The notes under the pieces were generated by a model. That model did no database searches and was not told the origin of the DNA. It saw only the letters and a program-made list of their open reading frames with translations. Below, piece by piece: positions 35,207 to 45,302 of a stretch of DNA of 64,000 nt (position 1 is its first letter; the number at the start of each line of letters is the position of its first letter). The DNA comes from Escherichia phage FL38. The DNA lies in the sequence record PP400784; one strand, 5' to 3'. The position numbers and the translations under genes are program-made.

Positions 35207-35520
35207 ACATAGCCCCCAACTACACGCATAACAAAGGTCTTGAGTTTATACCAGAAAGTTTCTTTTTTCAACTTTTCTTCTGCTTCTTTGATCTGCGCGG
35301 TTAACGCCTTAATGACGTGTGGATATACCACATCACGATCTGACGGCGTGGAGTAGTCGACCACAATACCTTTAGTGTCTGGATCGTATTCAACATTATG
35401 AATATAGACAATATGATGTTCTCCCTCTTCATCAACAATTATCAGTTCCTGGATAACTGTCTTCATTGCTTCTTGAATCAAGCTGTGTGCTTCTTCTAAA
35501 CTTGTTGGTTTCTTATCCAT
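35203..35520 (-). CDS. hypothetical protein (105 aa) at the position of T4 gene 40
   Basis: Synteny only (between uvsX and 41); C-terminal hydrophobic segment. Confidence 0.4.
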   Translation of the reverse strand: MDKKPTSLEEAHSLIQEAMKTVIQELIIVDEEGEHHIVYIHNVEYDPDTKGIVVDYSTPSDRDVVYPHVIKALTAQIKEAEEKLKKETFWYKLKTFVMRVVGGYV

Positions 35521-35575
35521 AATATAATCCTCTCTAGATATGAAAAAGGGGCACGTAGCCCCTTTACTACCATTG

Positions 35576-36646
35576 TTATGCTAACATATCTTCGATTTCT
35601 TTGTCAACTGCTTCGTCGCTGATCACTTGCCCCAGCTTATAATGATCGTTGATTGCTTCGTTAAACTTATCGTTTGTCAGAAGTGGTTTCCAGAACTCAA
35701 TGCTATTGGTTTCTTTAGCACGGAACTTGCGTTCTTCGGTTTCCATCTCTCCGGTCTCGGTATTTAGGATTGAACGGGAATACCAGCCGTTTGACGGTTT
35801 CACTACCCAGCCTAACTCTACAGCCAATTCCAGCAAGCCGGAATAAGGATCGATGCCACCGCTAAATGTTACGCTAATCGGGAACTTCGATTTTTCTTTA
35901 ACGGTTCGTGATTTTTCCGCATTCAGGATAAAATCATAACCAGTAATTTCGGTTCCTTCTTTCTGCTGACGACGACCAATAATGAAAACTTCATTGGCTG
36001 AATACATCGCGCCCGTACCGCCGGACATAACGGTCTTACTAAACATTTCTTGCGTTTCGTAAGTGTGGTTAATAGCGATGCACGGGATATCATTCATAGT
36101 CAGATACGGCGTAACCATACGGAACAAGCCTTTAAGTGCTTTCGCTCGCGTCATATCCTGTGCGGATTTCTCATTAATCGCGTCTTCAACTTCTTTTTTA
36201 CTTGCTAAGTTACCGATTGAGTCAATAAAGATGATCACTTTATCTTCACGGGTAATTTGCTCAAGCTGGTTCATGATTTCAAATTTAAGTTCTTCGATGT
36301 TCTTGATTGGAACATGCACCACGCGATCAGGATCTACACCCATAGATTCAAGATAAGCGGGTGTAATACCGAACTCAGAATCAAAGAACAAACACGCCGC
36401 ATCAGGATTCTGTTTCATGTATGCACTAACACAAGTTAATCCCATGTTTGATTTAAAGTGCTTAGACGGACCAGCAAAGAAAATCAGACCAGATTGAAAG
36501 CCTTTTTTAAGATCACCTGAAAACGCAATATTCAGCATCGGGATCTTAGTGCGAGTATTTGTTTTTTCGTTAAAGAAGCTGGATTTAGACAGTACCGCAG
36601 TAGTTTTCAGGGTAGAGTTCTTTTTCAGTTTTTCCAGTACAGACAT
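35576..36646 (-). CDS. uvsX: UvsX recombinase (RecA-like)
   Basis: 356 aa; Walker A FFAGPSKHFKS as in T4 UvsX. Confidence 0.9.
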   Translation of the reverse strand: MSVLEKLKKNSTLKTTAVLSKSSFFNEKTNTRTKIPMLNIAFSGDLKKGFQSGLIFFAGPSKHFKSNMGLTCVSAYMKQNPDAACLFFDSEFGITPAYLESMGVDPDRVVHVPIKNIEELKFEIMNQLEQITREDKVIIFIDSIGNLASKKEVEDAINEKSAQDMTRAKALKGLFRMVTPYLTMNDIPCIAINHTYETQEMFSKTVMSGGTGAMYSANEVFIIGRRQQKEGTEITGYDFILNAEKSRTVKEKSKFPISVTFSGGIDPYSGLLELAVELGWVVKPSNGWYSRSILNTETGEMETEERKFRAKETNSIEFWKPLLTNDKFNEAINDHYKLGQVISDEAVDKEIEDMLA

Positions 36647-36657
36647 TATTAATACCT

Positions 36658-36885
36658 CTATTCAGTTAATCCGTAATACTTTAATTGCTTCATTGTTATT
36701 CGATCTTTGTAGTGCTCTTGAATTAACTTTTTCATCGCATCAACATCGATCGTCACAAATACTTCGTTGCTGTGATTTCCGTGAACTTTCTTGAAATGCT
36801 CTATGCCTTCCTCACGTTCACGTTTAATCTTTTCAATTTCTCTCATAGTATATTTCTCACGTTGGCGGGTATCGTCACCCAACAC
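36658..36885 (-). CDS. hypothetical protein (75 aa)
   Basis: ORF between 43 and uvsX. Confidence 0.5.
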   Translation of the reverse strand: MLGDDTRQREKYTMREIEKIKREREEGIEHFKKVHGNHSNEVFVTIDVDAMKKLIQEHYKDRITMKQLKYYGLTE

Positions 36886-36907
36886 CCGCCATTATACACA
36901 CTTTATC

Positions 36908-39616
36908 TTAAATGTCAAACAGGTCTGTAAGAGATGCCACTTTTTCATATTGCAGCTTTGCAGCCGTGGTAATGTTCTCCAGTGGTTTGACGAAAGTCTT
37001 ATTAAACAACAAAGGCCAGTCTAACCACTTTAACACCTCTGATTCAATTTCTGGAGGAATACGAGTACCGGACAACCAACCAAAACAGATTTCTCCAAAC
37101 GGATTTCGATCTTTCAGCGGTACAATCATAACCTTCTCGCCTTCACGAATCGGATCTAGTCCGAATTTTCGAGCATTACGATTATAACACAATACACTCT
37201 TAACCGCATACGGACAACCCTTAATCGGATACCCGTTTGAATCGCTGTATTTCTGTAGGTTGTTTGCAGATGATACCGCAGCAACATCAAGATAGTCAAG
37301 TTTTCTAAATTCTTGCTCAAAAATACCGTAGTATTCCTGCAATGACTCTTCACCTTCCTGCAACATACGGCGAATACATTCTTTCAGTGATTTCTGACAT
37401 GCTTTAGGGGTGGAGCTACGTTGCGTTTCCAAGCCCATGATTTTTAGCTTAGGTTCAGCAAAGCGCGTTCCTTCCATATCCCAAACATTAAGAGCATAAC
37501 GCTTTTTACCAGTCCAGAATCCACCGATACCCGCAGATTTCAATGGAGGACCAGCAATTGCCTCACGGTCCATAAACATCAAGTGCTCATAGTTGTTCAT
37601 GTACTCGCATAACTCGCGATATCCCTTGTCGATAATAGGTTCCATTCGATGTTTACCGAAATTATCAAGGAAGTCAACAAGTTTTTCGGTATCGTCGAAA
37701 CGGTCTTCCCCGCCAACCTTATCAACAACATTGTTAACCAGCACATAAACGGAGTCAGTATCACAATAACGAACATATGCAAAATCGGTTGTTCCACAAA
37801 GCTCGTTTAAGTATTCGTTAATCTTACGCTCAATCCACTGAATTGCAAGCTGACCAAACAAGGTGATCGCACTAGCGTTACGGAGATCATAAAAACGGAA
37901 TTTAGGATTCCCCAACGCACCATAAAGGGAGTTGATCAAAACTTTACGAGAAAGCTGGTTTGTATTGCACAAGATCGACTCGTCTTTACATTCTTCCAGC
38001 AATTTCTCTAAGGCATCTTTACTTAATTCAGAAAGCATCGATTTAAACGCTTCATCAAAGTCGTGACGCACTTCAACGCTATAGTTAATGGTTCCTCCAT
38101 AAACATGATTTTCATCGTGTAGAATCGCTTTACAGAGTTCAGCATTGCGATCACATGCCAACATCATGTTTTTGTACTGCTTACGCTGATCGAATACCTT
38201 TTTAATCTCAATCGGTACGATACCGTGAATATCTTTTCTATACATCCATCCGTTAGGCGAGCAAGAATACTCATCACTCGGACGTGGTGCAGTTTTATTG
38301 ATATACTCGTGCATCGGTGCAGCATCAAAAGATCCAGCGATTGTTTCAGGCGAAATATTAACCTGTCGAATAATAGATGGGTACAGACTTGTTAAGTCAA
38401 AGCTCATCATCCAACGGTAAGCATTCGGCACAGGTTCTTTTACGAATGCGCCTGGATACGTCTGCTTAGGCTGTATCTTATTTTCCGGTACTACTTTACC
38501 CTCAGCTTTCAGAGATCCGAAGATAATAGCATCCCACACTTTCATCGGGTTATAAACATGGTTAAATTTAATCTTTGCATAGAAACATAGACTATACACC
38601 AGATCGATAAATCCACGCTTTTTATCAATCGCCAGAACACGATCAACGTCGCCGATGTTATAATCGATGTAAAGTTGATGGTTGTCATCACGCAATTTCT
38701 TTAACGGACCATCATAATCAACCTTACCGATTCCTGTCTCATATTCAGCAACATAATCTAATGCATATGTTGGTTGAGTCGTAAAGCTAAATTTCTTGTA
38801 CAGGTCAATATAATCAAGGCTTTCGATCCCCATGATCGTAAATGCTTCACGCTCGTTGCCAAAATCATCCTGTGAGATTCGGGATTTAATCTTACCGCAC
38901 GGGCTTAGACGGTTAGCGGTTCTACTTCCGAACTTATTACTGATACGTTTAATGATATATGGAATATCGAATGTTTCTGTGTTCCAGCCAGTGAAACCAA
39001 CGGGTCGGTTTTCCTCAAAGAATCGGATGTATTCTAACAGCAATTCATCTTCTGTGTCATAGACGTTATAAACAACGCGCTCTACAATATCAGGTCGAAG
39101 AATAGACTTGCTAGATTCCCAGATTTCACCGTTTTTTCCTTTCAAATCAAATACAAAGAAACGATCATGTACGGAATCATAATGCGTAATTGCATCGATA
39201 GGATATTTCGCTTCTTCTGGTTTAGGAAATTCTGGGGCAGTGACCTCGATATCAACCCATGCTACACGGATTTTATTTCGGTCATATCGAATCTCTCCTT
39301 TATACGTATCAGACAGATAGGAGATGATAAAATCATCCATCCCTAGCGCCTCTTGCCCCATTTCTCCCATCTTTTTACGCCATTTGTTGGCCTCGTTCAT
39401 AGAGGGGAATTTTTTAGCAATGCAAGGCTTGCCATAGATATCTTTATAATTCGTAACCATACCAGGCGCGGCATGATGAAATAAAGTTGGCGTATATTCA
39501 ACGTAACGCTCTTGTTCTTGTCCAGCATCATCAATATAACGCTCGTAGATCTTATCACCTACTCGCTCACATGACAGAAAATACATAATATAAACTCCTT
39601 CACTTACGAAAGACAC
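36908..39616 (-). CDS. 43: DNA polymerase (family B)
   Basis: 902 aa; YCDTDS polymerase motif; exonuclease motifs; T4 gp43 is 898 aa. Confidence 0.95.
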   Translation of the reverse strand: MSFVSEGVYIMYFLSCERVGDKIYERYIDDAGQEQERYVEYTPTLFHHAAPGMVTNYKDIYGKPCIAKKFPSMNEANKWRKKMGEMGQEALGMDDFIISYLSDTYKGEIRYDRNKIRVAWVDIEVTAPEFPKPEEAKYPIDAITHYDSVHDRFFVFDLKGKNGEIWESSKSILRPDIVERVVYNVYDTEDELLLEYIRFFEENRPVGFTGWNTETFDIPYIIKRISNKFGSRTANRLSPCGKIKSRISQDDFGNEREAFTIMGIESLDYIDLYKKFSFTTQPTYALDYVAEYETGIGKVDYDGPLKKLRDDNHQLYIDYNIGDVDRVLAIDKKRGFIDLVYSLCFYAKIKFNHVYNPMKVWDAIIFGSLKAEGKVVPENKIQPKQTYPGAFVKEPVPNAYRWMMSFDLTSLYPSIIRQVNISPETIAGSFDAAPMHEYINKTAPRPSDEYSCSPNGWMYRKDIHGIVPIEIKKVFDQRKQYKNMMLACDRNAELCKAILHDENHVYGGTINYSVEVRHDFDEAFKSMLSELSKDALEKLLEECKDESILCNTNQLSRKVLINSLYGALGNPKFRFYDLRNASAITLFGQLAIQWIERKINEYLNELCGTTDFAYVRYCDTDSVYVLVNNVVDKVGGEDRFDDTEKLVDFLDNFGKHRMEPIIDKGYRELCEYMNNYEHLMFMDREAIAGPPLKSAGIGGFWTGKKRYALNVWDMEGTRFAEPKLKIMGLETQRSSTPKACQKSLKECIRRMLQEGEESLQEYYGIFEQEFRKLDYLDVAAVSSANNLQKYSDSNGYPIKGCPYAVKSVLCYNRNARKFGLDPIREGEKVMIVPLKDRNPFGEICFGWLSGTRIPPEIESEVLKWLDWPLLFNKTFVKPLENITTAAKLQYEKVASLTDLFDI

Positions 39617-39668
39617 TCATTATAGGGGAATCGACTTAGTTTGTCAATACCCCTATCCCATCAGTATC

Positions 39669-40031
39669 TTATCGCCCGATCTGATATTTCTCGATCAGCG
39701 TCCACTCTTCTTTCTGTTTGAAAGACAATACACGGAAATTATTAACTTCGGTAGTTTCAAAATCACTATCAATCAGGGTACACAGATTCCACTGCGCCAG
39801 AAGTTTTGCAATGTTATTACGGCGTAATTCATCTTCCCACGTCATTTTAACACTACGACCATCTAATTTCAACAACTCCTTGAAATGAACGATGTAATAG
39901 CGCCCTTTCTTCTGGAGAATATGACAAGACTGATACAGTGTCTTGTCTCGATTGTTGGCAATGCCGCAGCGGGTTAAAGTTTCCTTAATTTTAAGGAAGT
40001 TTTCAGGACTAATCAAATTAATTTCAATCAT
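39669..40031 (-). CDS. regA: translational repressor RegA
   Basis: 120 aa; MIEI.L..PE.FLK.KETLTR.GIANN.DK.LYQSCHILQKKG.YYIVHFKE matches T4 RegA. Confidence 0.92.
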   Translation of the reverse strand: MIEINLISPENFLKIKETLTRCGIANNRDKTLYQSCHILQKKGRYYIVHFKELLKLDGRSVKMTWEDELRRNNIAKLLAQWNLCTLIDSDFETTEVNNFRVLSFKQKEEWTLIEKYQIGR

Positions 40032-40032
40032 T

Positions 40033-40611
40033 TTACCACCTTTCTATAATCTTTTTAAGTCGTTTCCTTTCTGTCTGATTCTTAGTAACACCCGCCAAAA
40101 GTTCATCGGTCGCATACGGTTTAATGTGCTTCAATAACTTGTCCATATATCCCTTTTCATTAGCCAAATCGAGATAAAACCGGGCGTCATCCATATTTAC
40201 ACAATATGCTTTCGCCACTGCCATTAAAACCAATTTTTGGTCCAATTCTTCTGTTAGTTTAGCCCATTTACCGTATCGTTTCCCCTTAGAAATACTCTGT
40301 AAGAGATAATCAAAATGCATTTGATCTGGGAGGCCATGACCGATTAAATTCATCACATACGCGCTATATAGGCAATCTGCGTGCTGGGAAAGAGCGGTGT
40401 TAATCCATCTCTGGTTATATGCAGAATTGTTTCCCACATTAACGCGCTGTTTATCTAAGGTGATATGATCCATCAGAGCAAATAATGCATTGTCGGTTTT
40501 CTCGGTGAATGTATCCGCTAATTCAGACACCTTTTCCCAATCACGAGAGCGCCATGCAATTTCATGCTCGTTTAATTGTGTATCATCTTCACCGAAAAAT
40601 TGACCTAACAT
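40033..40611 (-). CDS. 62: clamp loader small subunit
   Basis: 192 aa; QLNEH..AW.S.DW, YVMNLIG.GL, GKRYGKWAKL match T4 gp62. Confidence 0.88.
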   Translation of the reverse strand: MLGQFFGEDDTQLNEHEIAWRSRDWEKVSELADTFTEKTDNALFALMDHITLDKQRVNVGNNSAYNQRWINTALSQHADCLYSAYVMNLIGHGLPDQMHFDYLLQSISKGKRYGKWAKLTEELDQKLVLMAVAKAYCVNMDDARFYLDLANEKGYMDKLLKHIKPYATDELLAGVTKNQTERKRLKKIIERW

Positions 40612-41600
40612 TATACGAACTCCAATTCAACCATTAATTGCATTAACAAAAAGACAATGTGAATCTCTTTATCAGCCGCGTGCGCAAACATCTGATTATT
40701 TTCACCGATAATCTCAGTGAGACGAATAATAGAAGCTGGCTTAACTTGAGTATACAACTCATTATAAAGTTTCTTGACAAATTGAGCGTATGTATTGGTA
40801 TATCGCGGCGCAAGTTTACGCACATTAGCAAACTGTTTAGTTTTAAGTGCTTCCACCACATCGGTTACTTCGGTATTGCTACTTTCGATAACCATGCTCA
40901 ATACGCCAGCATCAATTTTACCATGTTTAGCGTAGCGGTCCAAAAGTTTCATTACGCGTCGGAAGTCTGGGAAGTTCTGTTTAACCAGTTCCGCTAATAC
41001 GCGCATTTCTTCTACTGGCACACCTTCTTTATCAAGAATTGCTTTACACCGGACGATCATTTCTTTCATCATGCGAAGCTGATCATCTTTAGTCGGAGAT
41101 CCAAACGTTATGGGGTCAAATCGAGATCGTAACGCTGGGATAATACCTTCTAGATCGTTTGCTGTGATAATGAATGTCACATTGTTTGAGTATGCCTCAG
41201 AGAAACTACGCAAGTGTCTTTGAGCGTCAGCCAACCCCGCTCGGTCATACTCATCGATAATAACAACTTTGCCTTTTTCTCTTTTTTCTTCATCGAGTGA
41301 TACACTCTGCGCAAAGCGTGTAATCTCATCGCGGATAAAATCAATCTTACAATCTGCGCCGTTAACAAACAGATAATCAACACCCACATCTTCGCAAAGC
41401 GCCTTAGCAACGGTTGTTTTACCAGTACCCGGCGATGGGCTATGCAGGATCATAGAAGGGATTCGGCCTTGCTTAACAATCTGCGCGAAGATCTTTTTAT
41501 CTGCTTCCGGCAGAATACATTCAGAAATTGATTTCGGACGGTATTTCTGTTCCCACTGAAACTCATTTTCATTAACACTCAGCATATAATCACCTCTCAC
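40611..41600 (-). CDS. 44: clamp loader large subunit (AAA+ ATPase)
   Basis: 329 aa; Walker A SPSPGTGKTT; T4 gp44 is 319 aa. Confidence 0.9.
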   Translation of the reverse strand: MRGDYMLSVNENEFQWEQKYRPKSISECILPEADKKIFAQIVKQGRIPSMILHSPSPGTGKTTVAKALCEDVGVDYLFVNGADCKIDFIRDEITRFAQSVSLDEEKREKGKVVIIDEYDRAGLADAQRHLRSFSEAYSNNVTFIITANDLEGIIPALRSRFDPITFGSPTKDDQLRMMKEMIVRCKAILDKEGVPVEEMRVLAELVKQNFPDFRRVMKLLDRYAKHGKIDAGVLSMVIESSNTEVTDVVEALKTKQFANVRKLAPRYTNTYAQFVKKLYNELYTQVKPASIIRLTEIIGENNQMFAHAADKEIHIVFLLMQLMVELEFV

Positions 41601-41618
41601 AAATTACATCATTAAAAC

Positions 41619-41639
41619 GGGGAGTATTTTATACTCCCC
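41619..41639 (-). other. stem-loop between genes 45 and 44
   Basis: GGGGAGTAT-AAA-ATACTCCCC followed by GTTTT on minus strand; possible partial terminator or RNA structure. Confidence 0.4.
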
Positions 41640-41651
41640 ACAAACATTATA

Positions 41652-42341
41652 TTAGTCGGTGTAGCTGGAGTCAAGGTCACACGCGATCATATAAGATACG
41701 GTTTCACTTGCCAGCCATACAGCCTTACGGCGAGTGAAGCTCAGTTTGTAATCGCCGAAGTCAGTAGCAACCAGTTTCATGTTATCTTTACGAATAAAGA
41801 AATGGAAGTCTGCGGTTCCGGTATATTCGCCCATATCAAGACAAAACATCTCATTAGGATTATTTTTGTCAATCTCTTCCCAACCTTTGATCATCAGACG
41901 ACCATCAATCGGAAGAAATTCAAGGCGATCCACTTTAAGCTGATTGCTCATTTTCATAAGCTGTTTCAGATCGTCATTGCTCAGTTCGTAATCTACATCG
42001 CTTGCAGGTGGAGTAACTCGGCCTTTCGGTGATACGATAGCAGCAGCACTAGCACCAGGGTAATTAATTTTCAGACGATCATTAGACACACGAATGTTAC
42101 CAGTGCGGTCATCAACCGTAATATCTGCTTCATCGCCTACCAGATTCAGAATACCCAAGAAAGAGTTAAGATCATAGATCCCAATTTCGTGTTCCAGTTC
42201 TTGATTCAGAGTCGCTTCACCATATACAACGTTTGTCATGTTTTTGGTGATCAGGACGTTTCCTTTTTTCAGGATGATACCTGGGTTAATAGCGGAAAAG
42301 TTTTTCAGGGTAGCAATGGTTTCTTTAGTCAGTTTCATCAA
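41652..42341 (-). CDS. 45: sliding clamp
   Basis: 229 aa; N-terminus MKL.K.T.A.LKNF..IN.GI.LK and overall similarity to T4 gp45 (228 aa). Confidence 0.9.
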   Translation of the reverse strand: MMKLTKETIATLKNFSAINPGIILKKGNVLITKNMTNVVYGEATLNQELEHEIGIYDLNSFLGILNLVGDEADITVDDRTGNIRVSNDRLKINYPGASAAAIVSPKGRVTPPASDVDYELSNDDLKQLMKMSNQLKVDRLEFLPIDGRLMIKGWEEIDKNNPNEMFCLDMGEYTGTADFHFFIRKDNMKLVATDFGDYKLSFTRRKAVWLASETVSYMIACDLDSSYTD

Positions 42342-42368
42342 ATCACCTTTATCATGTTAATCAATTAA

Positions 42369-42767
42369 TTACGGGTTTACTGCGTGTTCGTTACGAATCT
42401 TGAGCATTTTGTTTTGGAAGTTTTCCGCAGCTTGCTCATCAATAGCATGAGTATACTTAAATCCAATGTATGCTGTCAAGTATTGTTGCAGAGCATAGAC
42501 AGTAACAGGATTCTTTGCGGTCTTCTTGCCTTCGAGATATATCAGATCACCACGAACATCAAACGCAAGTTTACGACGAATCACATTATCAACAAACTCA
42601 TCAACAACAAAATGCCAAATGTTGCTATCGGTTCCAATATCAAAATTAATCACACAGCCTTGTTTGACATAATCAAACGGTATCGGGAATAGTTTATAGT
42701 CAAGTTCGATAAACATTAATTGTTCTTTTAAGCTCATACGTTTCATTCTATCACTTCCCATCAGCAA
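42369..42767 (-). CDS. hypothetical protein at rpbA position (RNA polymerase-binding protein A-like?)
   Basis: 132 aa (T4 RpbA is 129 aa), immediately upstream of 45; synteny only. Confidence 0.4.
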   Translation of the reverse strand: MLMGSDRMKRMSLKEQLMFIELDYKLFPIPFDYVKQGCVINFDIGTDSNIWHFVVDEFVDNVIRRKLAFDVRGDLIYLEGKKTAKNPVTVYALQQYLTAYIGFKYTHAIDEQAAENFQNKMLKIRNEHAVNP

Positions 42768-43143
42768 TTGCGATTAGACGAGTTACTACTACGCTAGCGG
42801 CTTCAATCAGCAGTTCATCAGTATCAATCTGATAACCCTTTTCGAGAATATCTTTACCTCGAATAGTTTTAGCGCCTTTAGCAATTGAATCATCGTAATA
42901 CTTGCGCATTGCCGCGATCCATTCTTTTTGCACCATATCATCAATATGCGCGTACAGTTCAAAGCGTGCTTGCTGCGGGATAACCTTCATTTTAGCTTTC
43001 TCGCTTTCCGGCATTTGTAGTACCCACGCTTTACGGATCTTGTTCATTGCTCGGTCAAATTCGAGACTGGTTTTCTTGTTCTGAATGTCTGCTACAGTAA
43101 TTTTAGCCAGGTTTGCGGAAGTAGTCATAATATTAATCTCCAA
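42751..43143 (-). CDS. hypothetical protein (130 aa)
   Basis: ORF. Confidence 0.5.
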   Translation of the reverse strand: MEINIMTTSANLAKITVADIQNKKTSLEFDRAMNKIRKAWVLQMPESEKAKMKVIPQQARFELYAHIDDMVQKEWIAAMRKYYDDSIAKGAKTIRGKDILEKGYQIDTDELLIEAASVVVTRLIAIADGK

Positions 43144-43158
43144 AATAAAATCAGTATA

Positions 43159-43389
43159 TCACGTTCTAAAGTTTGTTGCAACCCCAGCATCAGGGTAATC
43201 AAGTTTATCAAAGTTTGGGACCAGCATAAACTCATGATGACGACAAGACAACATTTTTGTTATGTCTTCATCGCTGTATATGCTGTTTTTCATATCCCCC
43301 ATACTAACTACATATTCTTCACCGGAATATAGATTGATTAAGGTATACAATTCTAACTCCGGCTGCGTTACTCTGTCAAATGTTAACAT
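43159..43389 (-). CDS. hypothetical protein (76 aa)
   Basis: ORF. Confidence 0.45.
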   Translation of the reverse strand: MLTFDRVTQPELELYTLINLYSGEEYVVSMGDMKNSIYSDEDITKMLSCRHHEFMLVPNFDKLDYPDAGVATNFRT

Positions 43390-45073
43390 TCATTTCAGTG
43401 AATCGCCCACGTTTAACCATCTTGAGATGACGGCTAAAATCATCAGGGTTATGGTCACGATGGCTGATAATATACACGTTATCATCTAACTTGTCAATGA
43501 TGGAATCAAGTGCTTTTACGCCTTGAACGTCCGTAGCCCCATCATAAATTTCGTCGAGTACCAACAAAGAAATGTTAGTACCAGATACTTTACCAGCAAC
43601 ATCACGCCATGTAAAGAGCATCGCAAGGTCAATACGTGCTTTTTCGCCTTGACTGAACGATGTATACGAAAACGATTCACGCCCCCGTGATTTGATTGTT
43701 TCGTTAAACTCTTCATCTAGCGTAAAGATATAATCCGCTTCCATGATATCAAGATAATACGCAATCCGATCATTGAAATATGGAATATATTTCTTGACGA
43801 TAGACGCCTTAACACCGGAATCCTTCAACATTTCTGTTACAAATCCACGGTGATATTTTTCAAGAACTAGCTTTGATTTTTCATTAGTAATCTCTACCAG
43901 TTCGTGTTCCAGTTTAGCAAGTTCTTCGGAATTGTCAACCCTTTCTTTTTGTAATTCCTGAATTGCTTTCTGGATCTGTTTAGCCCGACCTACAGATGCC
44001 GTTAAATTCGCTCTCTGTGACTCTATAGCGCGTTTAATTTCCAAGACCTTAGTTTGTGCTGTCTGGAAAGAATTGGCTTTCTCTGCGTATTCTACGCGTT
44101 TCTCGTCAATAAGAGACAGTTTATGTTCGGCTTGTGCTTTTTGTTCGCGTACAGCCTGATCATTACCCTGAATGATCGGTTGTGTGCACGTAGGACAGAT
44201 CCCGCCTTTCTCGTGCATATGGATAACACGGTCAAAGTTCTGGATCTGCGCACCAATCTGTGCGATAGCAGTATTAATTTTAGCCAATGCTGCGCTAGGA
44301 TCTTCCGGCATAACAACAGACAATAGCTCATCGGTCAAGCGCGTTTCTTCGGCTTTAAACGCTTTAGCTGATTCTACTTCTTTCTCGTACATATTCTGCA
44401 AACGCTGTAGATTCTCGGCACTCGCCTTGCTAGCGTCTTCTATGTACTTTTTATGAGTGTTGATTTGTTGCTGAACGTGATTAGCTTTCATTTCCTGCAT
44501 TTGGATATTCTGGGTTATCTCGCGCACATACGCTTTATTCAGTTTATCCATTTCACCTAGCGTAGCAATATCTAACAGGTCTTCTACCAGTTTACGGCGA
44601 CCCGCTGCCGGAAGACTCATAAACGGAACATAACCAGCAGTGCCTAAAACAACGATCTGTTTGAAGCTGGCTAGGTTCATTCCTATGATACCTTCAAAAT
44701 ATTCCTGAAAGTCTTTGGTGCTTGCGCTCTCGTCGATCTTTTGACCGTCGCGATGCACTTCGAATACTTCCGGTTTTTGACCACGTTTGATATAAAACTC
44801 TTTCCCGTCCAGTTCAAACCAGACTTCGACTAACAGTTTCTTTTTGTTGACGCTGTTAATCAATTGGCCTTTCTTGATACTACGAAACGGTTTACCGAAC
44901 AACACAAAGCAAAGCGCCTCGATCATTGTTGATTTACCAGCACCGTTAACACCAGTGATTAGTGTCTTTTTGAATCCGTCTAGCTGAATCTCTACAGGTT
45001 CAGCACCCACGCTCATTATATTTTGATAGCGCAAGGTTTTAAAATTTAACTTTGCCATTAATCCACTCCGCAA
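43376..45073 (-). CDS. 46: recombination endonuclease subunit (SbcC/Rad50-like)
   Basis: 565 aa; N-terminus ...YQNIMSVG...KTLITG.NG.GKSTM.EA..F.LFGKPFR..KKGQLINS matches T4 gp46. Confidence 0.92.
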   Translation of the reverse strand: MRSGLMAKLNFKTLRYQNIMSVGAEPVEIQLDGFKKTLITGVNGAGKSTMIEALCFVLFGKPFRSIKKGQLINSVNKKKLLVEVWFELDGKEFYIKRGQKPEVFEVHRDGQKIDESASTKDFQEYFEGIIGMNLASFKQIVVLGTAGYVPFMSLPAAGRRKLVEDLLDIATLGEMDKLNKAYVREITQNIQMQEMKANHVQQQINTHKKYIEDASKASAENLQRLQNMYEKEVESAKAFKAEETRLTDELLSVVMPEDPSAALAKINTAIAQIGAQIQNFDRVIHMHEKGGICPTCTQPIIQGNDQAVREQKAQAEHKLSLIDEKRVEYAEKANSFQTAQTKVLEIKRAIESQRANLTASVGRAKQIQKAIQELQKERVDNSEELAKLEHELVEITNEKSKLVLEKYHRGFVTEMLKDSGVKASIVKKYIPYFNDRIAYYLDIMEADYIFTLDEEFNETIKSRGRESFSYTSFSQGEKARIDLAMLFTWRDVAGKVSGTNISLLVLDEIYDGATDVQGVKALDSIIDKLDDNVYIISHRDHNPDDFSRHLKMVKRGRFTEMNVNI

Positions 45074-45302
45074 TCACACATTCCATAATATTAAATGCTA
45101 ACACATCTTCATCAATGTTGTAAACACTTGCCGCCTTCACTTTAACTAATGTGTCTCTGCGATCTGGCAACATGATCACATAATCCAGTGTCGCAGGATC
45201 ATATGTCATAAAGGGATCAACATAAATCCCTTTATTCAATGCCAGATATTCGCGAAGACCTTCTATAACCCTGTGTCTAAGGTAGGTCATCGATAGAATC
45301 AT
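45039..45302 (-). CDS. hypothetical protein (87 aa)
   Basis: ORF. Confidence 0.45.
   Translation of the reverse strand: MILSMTYLRHRVIEGLREYLALNKGIYVDPFMTYDPATLDYVIMLPDRRDTLVKVKAASVYNIDEDVLAFNIMECVIAEWINGKVKF

Noticed and set aside
41619-41639. Promoter interpretation of the GGGGAGTAT...ATACTCCCC element between genes 45 and 44
   Set aside because: No -35 TTGACA upstream and a U-tract follows on the transcribed strand; more consistent with a partial terminator or RNA structure than with a promoter cassette.
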